DNA of 64,000 nucleotides from a virus (Duplodnaviria; Heunggongvirae; Uroviricota; Caudoviricetes): IMG/VR virus record IMGVR_UViG_3300029998_000021; one strand, 5' to 3'. Shown piece by piece: positions 9,354 to 18,835 of this stretch (position 1 is its first letter; each line of letters starts with the position of its first letter). The notes under the pieces were generated by a model. It saw only the letters and a program-made list of their open reading frames with translations, ran no database searches and was not told where the DNA came from. The position numbers and the translations under genes were made by a program.

Positions 9354-10304
9354 ATGAATCTTAAAAATGATATGTTCTGGTACAAATACCAACCTAAAAG
9401 CCTAAACACAATAATATTATTACCAAGAATTAAAGAATTGATTAAAGATGGTTTATCCGCCAATATGATTTTCTACAGTGATACTCCAGGCACAGGAAAA
9501 ACCACATTGGCAAGAATACTTTGTAAAGATACGGACAACATAGAATTCAACGCATCAGAAGAAACTGGGGTTGATATTCTAAGAGATCAATTAAAGACAC
9601 ATTGTAAAACTCTAAATCCATTTTTTGGTAAAGAATCACAAAAAACTATATTTCTTGATGAATTTGATGGTGTGTCTGCCGAATACCAAAAAGCAATGAA
9701 AGGGTTTTCAGACCGTTATCAACACGTTAGATTTATTTTAACTACCAACTATATTCAAAAAATTGATGACAAAATACTTTCAAGATTTATAAAAGTTGAT
9801 TTTGATCCTAAAACCAAAGAAGAAACTGATTACCTTCAGACAATGTATTTTAAATATTTAAAAGCAATTGCAACAAAAAATAAAATTGCGATTACAGACG
9901 AAGAAATTAGAAAAATGATAATGCTTAGTTTTCCTGATTTAAGACAGGCCACTCAAAGATTGCAAGAAGTTTTTATGACAAATAATACAGATCAATTTAA
10001 AAATTTAAGTGCATCTGGTTATGATGATATTTTTCAATTTGTAATGGATGGTAAAAATAATATTGAAGAAAATTATTCTTTCGTTGCTAATAATTTTATT
10101 GATAATCCATTAGAATTAATGAAAGCCTTAGGTAGACCATTATTTAGTAGAATACAAAATATTGATAATGAAAATCTTATAAAACAGGGTGCAACACTAA
10201 TTAAATTACAAAAATCTTATAATGCTGAATATACTTCAACAATAGATCCAGTTTTACATCTAATTTCATATCTAACTGACATAAAAGAAATATTGAAAAA
10301 ATGA
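9354..10304 (+). CDS. 44: clamp-loader large subunit (T4 gp44-like, AAA+)
   Basis: YKYQPKS, SDTPGTGKTT Walker A, DEFD Walker B, SRF sensor; length 316 versus 319 aa for T4 gp44. Confidence 0.85.
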   Translation: MNLKNDMFWYKYQPKSLNTIILLPRIKELIKDGLSANMIFYSDTPGTGKTTLARILCKDTDNIEFNASEETGVDILRDQLKTHCKTLNPFFGKESQKTIFLDEFDGVSAEYQKAMKGFSDRYQHVRFILTTNYIQKIDDKILSRFIKVDFDPKTKEETDYLQTMYFKYLKAIATKNKIAITDEEIRKMIMLSFPDLRQATQRLQEVFMTNNTDQFKNLSASGYDDIFQFVMDGKNNIEENYSFVANNFIDNPLELMKALGRPLFSRIQNIDNENLIKQGATLIKLQKSYNAEYTSTIDPVLHLISYLTDIKEILKK

Positions 10305-10375
10305 AATATGAAAATTTAACGTATGAAACATTTTGTGGCAGAAACTCAGAAAATTGGAAAAAATAAAAAATATTA

Positions 10376-10987
10376 ATGATTGATAAGGATAAATTTTATG
10401 ATAGATGGTCAAAATTAGGACTACTTGACGGACTTGATAATGTACAAAAAAATTGGATGGACCAAGTACTTGTTAATGATAGAGAATTTGGTGAAGGAAT
10501 TCAGCCGTTAGATAATAAAGGAATTAAAGATAAACCAGATTTTTCTGGAATAATATTTCCAATAGTTAGAAGAGTGTCAGCTCAAACACTTGCTTGCGGT
10601 GGTTGGAAACAATCAAATAGACAAAAACTAAAACAAGATAGATTAAATAAACTTCGTAAACTTCAAGGTGATGAGCCGAATATCGTATTACCAGATGATG
10701 AATATACTGACGGATTAGTTTCAGTACAACCATTATCATCACCATCACCACAACTTTTTTATATGGATTACAATTACACTACAAATTCAAATTATGGACC
10801 ATATAATAGTAAATCAGAAGCATTATCTAATATAATTATGACACGTAGATATGAAAATCTAACTGTTATAATAGAAAATACTGAATATTGGTTTAAAGGC
10901 GGATTAGAAGATAAAAATTTAGTTATAAAAAATAATCAAAAATTAAGAAAAGAAAAATTAATGGAATTAAATAAAATTAATATATAA
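10376..10987 (+). CDS. possible clamp-loader small subunit (gp62 position), unverified
   Basis: Synteny only (directly after gp44); 203 aa. Confidence 0.3.
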   Translation: MIDKDKFYDRWSKLGLLDGLDNVQKNWMDQVLVNDREFGEGIQPLDNKGIKDKPDFSGIIFPIVRRVSAQTLACGGWKQSNRQKLKQDRLNKLRKLQGDEPNIVLPDDEYTDGLVSVQPLSSPSPQLFYMDYNYTTNSNYGPYNSKSEALSNIIMTRRYENLTVIIENTEYWFKGGLEDKNLVIKNNQKLRKEKLMELNKINI

Positions 10988-11003
10988 AAATAAAAATAAA
11001 ACA

Positions 11004-11288
11004 ATGGATGATATTAAAATTTTTAAAGAAAAAGCTATAAATGATTATATTTTTAATAATATAAATTTATCACACGCAGGTACAAATGATATTAAGCATG
11101 GATTAAAAAATATATTAGGCGAAGAACCAGCAGTTAAATTTAACTACAAAGAAAGTATGAAAATAAATGAAACCACTGGTAAAGTTGAAAGATTACCAAA
11201 TGAATTAGATTCAATAGAAGTCTATTACACTTATATTGGTACTGACAACGCTCCTCATGCAGCACATATGAAATATATTGTAAATTAA
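11004..11288 (+). CDS. hypothetical protein
   Basis: 94-aa ORF. Confidence 0.4.
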   Translation: MDDIKIFKEKAINDYIFNNINLSHAGTNDIKHGLKNILGEEPAVKFNYKESMKINETTGKVERLPNELDSIEVYYTYIGTDNAPHAAHMKYIVN

Positions 11289-11290
11289 AG

Positions 11291-11322
11291 TGTATTATAA
11301 TACACTTTATTTTATAAAAAGA
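11291..11322. terminator. terminator hairpin AAAGTGTATTA/TAATACACTTT
   Basis: Perfect 11-bp stem plus T-rich tail between convergent genes; a second hairpin at 11327-11375. Confidence 0.55.
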
Positions 11323-11407
11323 GCAATAAAAACGCTATTTAGTGTTTTATATTGCTCTTTTTATTGCTTTTTTATAAAATTAATCTTTTTTAAATACTAT
11401 GATTATT

Positions 11408-11731
11408 TCAAAATAAAAAATTTATTATTGATAAAAAATCATTATATTTTTTATCAATAATAAATAAAAAATTATAGCCTTGTTCTAACACTGCTTTCTG
11501 CTTAACTAAATTTAATTCTTCATGTAATTCATAGATATACCAAGATTTAACTTCAACTATTAAATTAAAATCATTCAGATAATAATCTGAAAAATAAATT
11601 TTATCTTTATTTTTGTGCCTAAATTTTATAGTTTTGCCTCTAACAACATTTATATTCATTTTTTCGCACAAATCAAGAAAATCTTTTTCATAAGAACCTT
11701 GATATTTAATTCCATTTTCATGTATTTTCAT
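11408..11731 (-). CDS. C-terminal (nuclease-like) part of frameshift-split homing-endonuclease-like gene
   Basis: Frame stays open upstream to about 11875 and encodes further EKYG repeats; FSDYYLNDFNLIVEVK motif. Confidence 0.45.
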   Translation of the reverse strand: MKIHENGIKYQGSYEKDFLDLCEKMNINVVRGKTIKFRHKNKDKIYFSDYYLNDFNLIVEVKSWYIYELHEELNLVKQKAVLEQGYNFLFIIDKKYNDFLSIINFLF

Positions 11732-11835
11732 TTTTGGAAATTGTTTCTTGTGTATTTCATAATTTTGAGAAGGGTAATCTACTCCATATTTTTCATTACA
11801 AGTCTTTCTTGATTTTATTTGACAATTATCAGTTG

Positions 11836-12522
11836 CTAAATAAGATTCCTTACCATACTTTTCAATACAAGTTTTTTAATTTTATCTTGGCATTCTTCAG
11901 TTTGTGTATAACTTGTTACGTTATATTTATTTTTATTATTTAAATTTCTAGTTTCTAAAACTATTTTAGATTGTGTTGGCCACTCAACACCATTATTTTT
12001 AAAACAAGTTGCTTTAGATTTTTCTCTATTTGTAAAATACTCATCTCCATATTTTTCTTTTTTAGTTTTTTTAAACTGCTCTTTTAATTGTTCAGATTGA
12101 AACACAACTTCAACTCCCCAATTTTTTAAATTAGTCTCTTTTTTCTTTTCTTTTATTTGTTCTGACTGTGAAACATTTTCAACTCCATATTTTTCTAAAT
12201 TAGTTTCAATAGATTTTTTTCTATTTGTAAAATTCTCATTACCATATTTTTCTAAACTAGTTTTCTTTCTTTTAATATATTTACATTTTTCACAAGAATA
12301 AAATCCTCCCCTTTTAACATTATTTATATATGACTCAAATGATATTTCTTTTTTAAAATTACACACATCACATTGAACAACTATCCTTAATTTAGAACCA
12401 TGAATTAAATCATTCGGATTAATATTTACAATATCTTTCAATTTAACATCGTAGCCTAATGATACATAATGATCAATATTCATTTTATTTATTTTAACTT
12501 CAATTTTTTCTGTAACTATCAT
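11836..12522 (-). CDS. N-terminal part of split gene: Zn-ribbon plus EKYGxE repeats (homing-endonuclease-associated DNA-binding repeats)
   Basis: CDVC...CEKC; repeats LEKYGVENVSQSEQ; stops 40 nt after an A6 run where the -1 frame continues the repeats. Confidence 0.5.
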   Translation of the reverse strand: MIVTEKIEVKINKMNIDHYVSLGYDVKLKDIVNINPNDLIHGSKLRIVVQCDVCNFKKEISFESYINNVKRGGFYSCEKCKYIKRKKTSLEKYGNENFTNRKKSIETNLEKYGVENVSQSEQIKEKKKETNLKNWGVEVVFQSEQLKEQFKKTKKEKYGDEYFTNREKSKATCFKNNGVEWPTQSKIVLETRNLNNKNKYNVTSYTQTEECQDKIKKLVLKSMVRNLI

Positions 12523-12569
12523 TTTATTTTAATTTATTTTTATAATTCACATCTATTAGTGAATATAGT

Positions 12570-12595
12570 ATATATAAATATTTATAAGTCATAAA
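12570..12595 (+). repeat. degenerate copy of 30-nt motif (TATATATAAATATTTATAAGTCATAAAC), contains TATAAATA
   Basis: About 50 nt upstream of the split HE-like gene (opposite orientation) and about 60 nt upstream of the RNase H gene ATG. Confidence 0.4.
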
Positions 12596-12655
12596 CATCA
12601 TTTTTTAAACATATTTGATAAATAATAATATATAATAAAAAAATAATATAAACAA

Positions 12656-13636
12656 ATGATTAGTATGAACTTAATATTGGATGCAAATTATTGTCTCTAC
12701 AGATCCGTATTCATTTTACATAAATTAAAAACACTTTATGGTGATTTAGAAACACTATTATTAAACGATTATAATAAAATAACAAACGATTATCCATTTA
12801 ATGTAATATATGTCATATCTGATAGTAAACGGAATTGGAGAAAAAATATATATCCAGAATATAAAGGCAAAAGAAAAAAAGATTTAGATATAGATTGGGA
12901 ATTTGTATTTGATACATTTGATAAATTCAAAGAAAATATTAAACACAGACATAATTGTTTACAATATCAAATAGATCCTTTTGAGGGTGATGATATTATT
13001 GCACATATTGTAAAAGAAACAAATAAAGATGGTGGATCAAATTTGATTTTATCTAATGATGGTGATATTCATCAATTATTAAAATTTAGTGTTGCTGATA
13101 ATTATATAAATTTAATGTATAACCATAAATTTCAAAATGAAGTTGTTTTTGTTCCAGAAAATTATAGTATTTTTTTAAAGCATATTGAAGACACTACAGA
13201 AGGTGATATATTTGATATGTCCGATGATAATATTGATTTTATGAATTATTTTGATAAATTAACAAGTAGAGCAAAAATCAAAGAGATTAATAAAGAAGAA
13301 TCATATTTCAAAAAACTAGTTGCTGGTGATACAGGTGACAATGTTTTAAGTGTTGTCAAATTTACAGAAAAAACAAAAGGAATTGGTACAACTGGTTCTG
13401 GAACAGTCTACAAAATGTTCAAAGATAGATATCCAAATGAAATTGATTTTGATTCTGATGAATTTATAATTCAACTAAGTGATATTTTATATATTTATAA
13501 AAAAAACAATAGGGAGATAGATTTTAAAGAAAAAGTTATTGAAAATATTAAATTCTCCAGAACTTTAACAAGATTAGATGGAAAATATTTACCAACTGGA
13601 TTTCAGAAAATTCTATATGATAATATAAAAATTTAA
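12656..13636 (+). CDS. rnh: RNase H / 5'-3' exonuclease (T4 rnh-like FEN)
   Basis: ILDANYCLYRS N-terminus; GDDIIAHIVKE...LILSNDGDIHQLL matches the SsDgDftQL signature of T4 RNase H. Confidence 0.8.
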   Translation: MISMNLILDANYCLYRSVFILHKLKTLYGDLETLLLNDYNKITNDYPFNVIYVISDSKRNWRKNIYPEYKGKRKKDLDIDWEFVFDTFDKFKENIKHRHNCLQYQIDPFEGDDIIAHIVKETNKDGGSNLILSNDGDIHQLLKFSVADNYINLMYNHKFQNEVVFVPENYSIFLKHIEDTTEGDIFDMSDDNIDFMNYFDKLTSRAKIKEINKEESYFKKLVAGDTGDNVLSVVKFTEKTKGIGTTGSGTVYKMFKDRYPNEIDFDSDEFIIQLSDILYIYKKNNREIDFKEKVIENIKFSRTLTRLDGKYLPTGFQKILYDNIKI

Positions 13637-13639
13637 CAT

Positions 13640-13706
13640 GCAATAAACACCGTTTTTCGGTGTTTATTGCAATAAAAAATCCTTCTTGTGAAGGATTTTT
13701 TTATTT
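13640..13706 (+). terminator. tandem hairpins; second (13674-13706) is a rho-independent terminator
   Basis: GCAATAAACACCG-TTTTT-CGGTGTTTATTGC then AAATCCTTC-TTGT-GAAGGATTTTTTT. Confidence 0.6.
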
Positions 13707-13730
13707 TAAATTTAATATATACTTATTATT

Positions 13731-14084
13731 ATGAAATATATTAAAGCATTTGAAGAATTAAAAGATATTGGCAATTACGTTATATGTGAAGAAAAAGATT
13801 CTAGTGTTGATAATTTTGAAATAGAATCTTTTATAAATAATAATATCGGTCAGGTTGTTGATCATAGGACAAAAAATAATATGAATGTTGCATACGATGG
13901 AGTACCATCAATTTATAATATTTTTGTACAATATGAAAATTTACCAAATGAAATAGAGTATGATTTTGAATATCATAAACATATAAAAAATTGTAGAATA
14001 TTTAGTTTAGATGAAATTAAACATTCTTCAAAAAACAAAAAAGATTTAGAATCAATACTAATATCAAAAAAATATAATTTATGA
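13731..14084 (+). CDS. MKYIKAFEELKD/KYNL family member
   Basis: First 37 nt identical to next gene start; KYNL end. Confidence 0.6.
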   Translation: MKYIKAFEELKDIGNYVICEEKDSSVDNFEIESFINNNIGQVVDHRTKNNMNVAYDGVPSIYNIFVQYENLPNEIEYDFEYHKHIKNCRIFSLDEIKHSSKNKKDLESILISKKYNL

Positions 14085-14398
14085 AATATATTAAAGCATT
14101 TGAAGAATTAAAAGATAAAGTTAATGATTACCAAAAATATATTGGCAAATGGGTTATAATTAAAGCATTATATGCCAAAAATAATCATAAAATAACAATT
14201 GCACAATTTATAGATATACCAAAAGATAATTTTGTGCATCTATACATTTCTAAAAATACACCTTTTAGTGTAGGTGGACATTGTGGTGTTCATATATCAG
14301 CTTTCGATGTTTTAGATTATTGTGATAATGAACAAGAAACGAAAGAAATGCTTAATAATGCAAAAATGAAAGAAGAAGCAAAAAAATATAATTTATGA
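14081..14398 (+). CDS. MKYIKAFEELKD/KYNL family member
   Basis: as above. Confidence 0.6.
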   Translation: MKYIKAFEELKDKVNDYQKYIGKWVIIKALYAKNNHKITIAQFIDIPKDNFVHLYISKNTPFSVGGHCGVHISAFDVLDYCDNEQETKEMLNNAKMKEEAKKYNL

Positions 14399-14670
14399 AA
14401 TATATCAAAACGTTTGAAACAAAAAAAGAATACAAAGTAGGAGACATTGTCGTTTTTAAATATCAGAAAATGAATCATCAATTTGATATAAAAGTAGGTA
14501 TTATTAAAAAACAAAATTCAGTATTTTTTGATTGGTGGGATATAACAGATTTAGATAACACAGAGTATGGAGATTTGGCCACAAAAAAGTCTCATATATT
14601 AAAAAAAGCCACACAAAAAGATATTGATAATTATATGATGGAACCTAATGCAAAAAAGTACAATTTATGA
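14395..14670 (+). CDS. MKYIKTFE/KYNL family member
   Basis: as above. Confidence 0.6.
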   Translation: MKYIKTFETKKEYKVGDIVVFKYQKMNHQFDIKVGIIKKQNSVFFDWWDITDLDNTEYGDLATKKSHILKKATQKDIDNYMMEPNAKKYNL

Positions 14671-15245
14671 AATATATAAAAACATTTGAAACATTAAAAA
14701 CTGTGGAAATTCAGCCTATAACCTTCAAAGAATGGCTAATCAAAAATCCACAAGAGGTTTGGGATGGTCACTCACTTGGACAAGTTGCTTATATTAATAC
14801 AATTAAAATTAATTGTGGCAATTCAAATTTAATTGATTTAAATGGTATATCACAATTTAAAAATCTTGAACATTTAGATTGTTATGATAACAAACTAACA
14901 TCAATACCTGATATATCTAATTTATCTAAACTTAAATATTTATCCTGTGAAAATAACCAATTAACTTCACTACCTGATCTATCTAATTTATCTAATTTTA
15001 AAGAATTATATTGTTATAATAATAAATTAACTTCATTACCTGATCTATCTAAACTATCTAAACTTGAATATTTATATTGTTATAATAACCAATTAACTTC
15101 ATTACCAGATTTATTCAATTTAAATAATCTTGAAGAATTATCTTGTAAAAATAACAAATTACCATATAATAATTTAAAAGAATATTTAATATGGCATAAA
15201 AAAACATATTCCTGGATGTGGGATGCAAAAAAGTATAACATATGA
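14667..15245 (+). CDS. family member carrying leucine-rich repeats (LxxLxCxNNxLTSLPDLSNLS x5)
   Basis: Repeats read directly: LTSIPDISNLSKLKYLSCENNQLTSLPDLSNLSNFKELYCYNNKLTSLPDLSKLSKLEYLYCYNNQLTSLPDL; ends KKYNI. Confidence 0.6.
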   Translation: MKYIKTFETLKTVEIQPITFKEWLIKNPQEVWDGHSLGQVAYINTIKINCGNSNLIDLNGISQFKNLEHLDCYDNKLTSIPDISNLSKLKYLSCENNQLTSLPDLSNLSNFKELYCYNNKLTSLPDLSKLSKLEYLYCYNNQLTSLPDLFNLNNLEELSCKNNKLPYNNLKEYLIWHKKTYSWMWDAKKYNI

Positions 15246-15769
15246 AAATAAAAAGATTTAACAATATAAACGAAAATTTAACATCAGTTGTTAAAGAATT
15301 TATAAGAAATTTTGATGATTCTACGGATTCTGGAATTATAGATTGGGTTGATACAGTATCAGTTGATACAAATTTACACGACTATAAGAATTTTACAAGT
15401 TCATCAAGGAAAGCACTAAGTTTTGCTAGATCAAAAAATTTAAAAAAATTAGAAGAATATTTTTTAGTTGATAAAGAGATTGAAATAAAAGAAAAAGAAT
15501 TTCAAGAAGAGATTGAAAGATTAAGATTAAAAAAAGAAAATCTTTCAATTATAGCAGGTGATGAGTTACTGTATAAATTTCAAGAGGACTTATTAAATAA
15601 TAACTATTTTAATAAATTTTATGATTTTTTTATTAAAGATAGTATAGAAAATTCATCAGATTCTAATATTGAAGATATAATAGAGTATTCAGAAATACAT
15701 CCAAAAATATTAAAAAAATATAGAAGTAAAATACTAATTAGTATAAATACAACTAAATATAACATATGA
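15242..15769 (+). CDS. family-related protein (MKIKRFNNINE...TKYNI)
   Basis: KYNI end, coupled starts. Confidence 0.5.
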   Translation: MKIKRFNNINENLTSVVKEFIRNFDDSTDSGIIDWVDTVSVDTNLHDYKNFTSSSRKALSFARSKNLKKLEEYFLVDKEIEIKEKEFQEEIERLRLKKENLSIIAGDELLYKFQEDLLNNNYFNKFYDFFIKDSIENSSDSNIEDIIEYSEIHPKILKKYRSKILISINTTKYNI

Positions 15770-16002
15770 AAATATATAAATTGAATGAAGAAACTTGGTA
15801 TAAAAAAACAGCTACCTATGAAATTAGGAGACAAAATGATGATGGGATTATAATTAATGTTAATTCTACTGAAAAAGCAATTAAAATAATAAACATGTGT
15901 AAAAAAAGAAATATTGATTTTTATATTCTTAAATATACAGCAGAAACTATCACCGAAGAGCAATTAAGAATGGAAGGAGATACAATAAAATATAATATAT
16001 GA
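15766..16002 (+). CDS. family-related small protein (...IKYNI)
   Basis: Paralogous to the next ORF (YILKYTAETITEEQL versus YILKHTIETINEDQL). Confidence 0.5.
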   Translation: MKIYKLNEETWYKKTATYEIRRQNDDGIIINVNSTEKAIKIINMCKKRNIDFYILKYTAETITEEQLRMEGDTIKYNI

Positions 16003-16244
16003 AAAATTACAACAATTTTATAAATGAAAAAAATTGGTACGCAGAAAATCCATCTATAAAGTATTCAGTTATAAGAGAAAAAGATGATCAACTTATTTTT
16101 AACGGCGATTTAAATGCCGCTTCTAACGTATATTATTATCACAAAGCAGATGGTGATAAATGTTATATATTAAAGCATACAATAGAAACTATCAATGAGG
16201 ATCAATTAAAATTGGCAGAAGAAATAACTAAATATAACATATGA
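15999..16244 (+). CDS. family-related small protein (...TKYNI)
   Basis: as above. Confidence 0.5.
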   Translation: MKNYNNFINEKNWYAENPSIKYSVIREKDDQLIFNGDLNAASNVYYYHKADGDKCYILKHTIETINEDQLKLAEEITKYNI

Positions 16245-16534
16245 AAATAAAAAAATTTGACGCAATTACAGAAAAAGATCAATTAAAAGAATTATCATAT
16301 TTATATGATAAAAAATCTACCGAATATTATATAAAATTTATAAATGATAGATATGAGGATTTATATACAGGACATTATTCAAATGATTTAAATAAAATTG
16401 CCGACAATTTTATTAAATTAAAAAATGAAAAACCATATAATTTTTACTATATATTAGAAACAACGAAAAACAACAGAATTATACCAACAGAAGAACTTGA
16501 AATTTTAATAAATTCAAATAAATATAACATATGA
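16241..16534 (+). CDS. family-related small protein (...NKYNI)
   Basis: as above. Confidence 0.5.
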   Translation: MKIKKFDAITEKDQLKELSYLYDKKSTEYYIKFINDRYEDLYTGHYSNDLNKIADNFIKLKNEKPYNFYYILETTKNNRIIPTEELEILINSNKYNI

Positions 16535-16851
16535 AAAATTACAATCAATTTATAGAAGACACAACTGGAAAATATATAAATGTTAATTATAAAATAATTA
16601 TAAGAGACATGAAAGACAATCCGGAATTATTAATAACCGATTTTAAAATCATGTCATCAGAAGATAAAAAACTAATAATAAAAGCCAAAGGATATGAAAA
16701 TGTATATCTAAACGGTTATAATGATGGCAAAAAAAAGAAAGGATGGGCATCTTTTGATGATTTTAAAGATGATAAAACCAGAACAGTTTGGAACAAAAAT
16801 TTTGAAAATGGTTCTAAAAAAATAAAAGTAATAACTAATGAAAATAAGTAA
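16531..16851 (+). CDS. small protein (MKNYNQFIED...), array member without KYN tail
   Basis: Coupled to array. Confidence 0.45.
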   Translation: MKNYNQFIEDTTGKYINVNYKIIIRDMKDNPELLITDFKIMSSEDKKLIIKAKGYENVYLNGYNDGKKKKGWASFDDFKDDKTRTVWNKNFENGSKKIKVITNENK

Positions 16852-17416
16852 ATTTGAAAAATTCGTAGAAAATGTATCTAATTTAGCAAAAATTAGAAAA
16901 TGGGATACATATGATTTTAGTAATCGTAGGAAAAAAGATCAAAGAGATACTTCAGATTTATATTTTACATATAATTTGAAAAAAGATGAATTAGGTAAAT
17001 ATTTAAATACATGGTTTACTGGTGTAGTTTCTAAATCTAAAGATGAAAGCAAAATATATAGAGATGAAATGATCACTCTTAAAAAAGTAGATAAAGAAAC
17101 TGCTACACATTTATATGATAGAGACTATAATCCAATAAGTATTAATATTATGTGCCCAACTGGTGCTAAATTTAAACAAGATGAAAATGGAAATGATTTA
17201 TATATTATGAAAGCACAACTTCATTCAATAGACGATTCATCATATGGTATTTGGTGGGATGATCAATATGGAACAGGATATCCATTAGATAAATTAATGG
17301 AAATAAGAGAGCAATTAATGAAATGGATCAATGCTCATCCTATAATAAATGGAGAAAAATTTTTTGATATATGTGTTAGTTTAGGTGCAGTAGAAGAAAC
17401 AAAGGATTATAATTGA
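16838..17416 (+). CDS. hypothetical protein (N-term MKISKFEKF family-like)
   Basis: 192-aa ORF. Confidence 0.45.
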   Translation: MKISKFEKFVENVSNLAKIRKWDTYDFSNRRKKDQRDTSDLYFTYNLKKDELGKYLNTWFTGVVSKSKDESKIYRDEMITLKKVDKETATHLYDRDYNPISINIMCPTGAKFKQDENGNDLYIMKAQLHSIDDSSYGIWWDDQYGTGYPLDKLMEIREQLMKWINAHPIINGEKFFDICVSLGAVEETKDYN

Positions 17417-17901
17417 TTCAATTTTTCAATAATATTTGTTGTTGAAAAACCTTCTGTCAATTCTATTGTTAGTATTTCACCACCATTATGTTTTACTATA
17501 TCATATCCAACTATATTTTCTTCAATATAATCTTTACCTTTCGTTAAAACGTCTGGTATAATCATTTTAATGAGTTCTAATGGCGTTTCTTCTATGAAAT
17601 GAACAACAGCATCAACAAAAAATAAAGATGATAAAACAATTGCTCTTGAATTTTGATTATTGATAGGCCGACTTGGCCCTTTGGCTATCCAATAAGGAGA
17701 ATTGTCAGAATTAATTCCAACTATAAGTATATCACCTAAATCTGCAGCTTTAGATAAATATTCTACATGACCACGATGTAAAATATCAAAACAACCATTC
17801 GTAAAAACTATTTTTTTACCTTCTAATCGCCAAGTTTTAATTTGATCTTGAAGTGCATTCCAATTATAAATTTTAGATTTAACAATATCAATATTTTTCA
17901 T
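17407..17901 (-). CDS. D-beta-D-heptose 1-phosphate adenylyltransferase (HldE/RfaE domain II-like cytidylyltransferase fold)
   Basis: KKIVFTNGCFDILHRGHVEYL, GDILIVGINSD, SRPIN, TKGKDY, GGEILTIELTEGFSTTNIIEKL align closely with E. coli HldE C-terminal domain. Confidence 0.8.
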   Translation of the reverse strand: MKNIDIVKSKIYNWNALQDQIKTWRLEGKKIVFTNGCFDILHRGHVEYLSKAADLGDILIVGINSDNSPYWIAKGPSRPINNQNSRAIVLSSLFFVDAVVHFIEETPLELIKMIIPDVLTKGKDYIEENIVGYDIVKHNGGEILTIELTEGFSTTNIIEKLNQL

Positions 17902-18012
17902 TAAGATTATATTTTTTTTATCAAAATAAGTTTTATATATTTATCAATCGTAAATCAATTAAATGAAAAAATTTGCAAAAAAACTTAAAAACACATTTTA
18001 AACATTAAAAAC

Positions 18013-18246
18013 ATGAAAAAATTATTATTTATTTTTATTTTACTTTTTGCTGTATGTATTACTGAAGCAAACGCAACGCCAACATATAAAAAACCGCATA
18101 ATACAATTTTATCTAAACGATCAAATCGGCATAGAGATTATATTATTGCAACCAATCGCTTTAATTGTAACTCAAAAACTACAACACCATATAAATCAAG
18201 ATATAGTAAATCGCTTATGAGAAATTTTTTATTTATTCGTTTTTAA
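18013..18246 (+). CDS. small secreted protein (signal peptide MKKLLFIFILLFAVCITEANA)
   Basis: Hydrophobic N-terminus with AxA-like cleavage site. Confidence 0.4.
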   Translation: MKKLLFIFILLFAVCITEANATPTYKKPHNTILSKRSNRHRDYIIATNRFNCNSKTTTPYKSRYSKSLMRNFLFIRF

Positions 18247-18342
18247 ACTGACAATTTGACATAGTTTTTATAAACAAATAAGACAAAAATGGATAAACAA
18301 TATAATGGCACACAAATTGTTTATTTATAATCAAAATAAACA

Positions 18343-18357
18343 AGGATAATTTATCCT
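18343..18357. promoter_or_regulatory. inverted repeat AGGATAA-T-TTATCCT 20 nt upstream of hsp20
   Basis: Seen in sequence; possible operator. Confidence 0.3.
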
Positions 18358-18376
18358 CAAAAAATAAAAATATATT

Positions 18377-18802
18377 ATGATTAGAAGTTTAGTGAACAGA
18401 GAAAATCCATTTTTGGATTTTGCAAAAGATTTTTTTGATACTAATTTTGATTATTTACCAACATTAACAAAAAATGGTGGGTTATCAAATATTTCAGAAA
18501 ATGAAAGCGACTATCTTGTTGAGATTTCAGCACCAGGTCTCAAAAAAGAAGACATTAAAATTGAATTAGAAAATGACGTTCTTAAAATTTCTTCGAATGT
18601 TGAAAATGAAAAAGAAGAAAAAAACGAAAATTATCACAAGAGAGAATTCTACAAATCAAGTTTTGAAAGAAGTTTCGCAATTCCTAAAGGTGTAAATAAA
18701 AATGAAATTTCTGCAACAATGACTGATGGAATTTTAATTGTTGAAATTCCTAAAATGAAAGAAGAAAAAAAGAACGAGAATATCAAAATCACAATTAAAT
18801 AA
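18377..18802 (+). CDS. small heat-shock protein (Hsp20/alpha-crystallin)
   Basis: ACD region YLVEISAPGLKKEDIKIELENDVLKIS...FERSFAIPKGVNKNEISATMTDGILIVEIPK. Confidence 0.85.
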   Translation: MIRSLVNRENPFLDFAKDFFDTNFDYLPTLTKNGGLSNISENESDYLVEISAPGLKKEDIKIELENDVLKISSNVENEKEEKNENYHKREFYKSSFERSFAIPKGVNKNEISATMTDGILIVEIPKMKEEKKNENIKITIK

Positions 18803-18834
18803 AAAAAAAGAGCCTAACGGCTCTTTTTTTTTTA
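18802..18834. terminator. bidirectional terminator
   Basis: A9-GAGCC-TAAC-GGCTC-T10 between convergent genes. Confidence 0.65.
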
Positions 18835-18835
18835 T

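Noticed and set aside
18256-18284. Sigma70-like TTGACA-N17-TAAGAC upstream of hsp20
   Set aside because: The -10 element is poor and such hexamers are frequent in 75% AT DNA; not reported as a feature.
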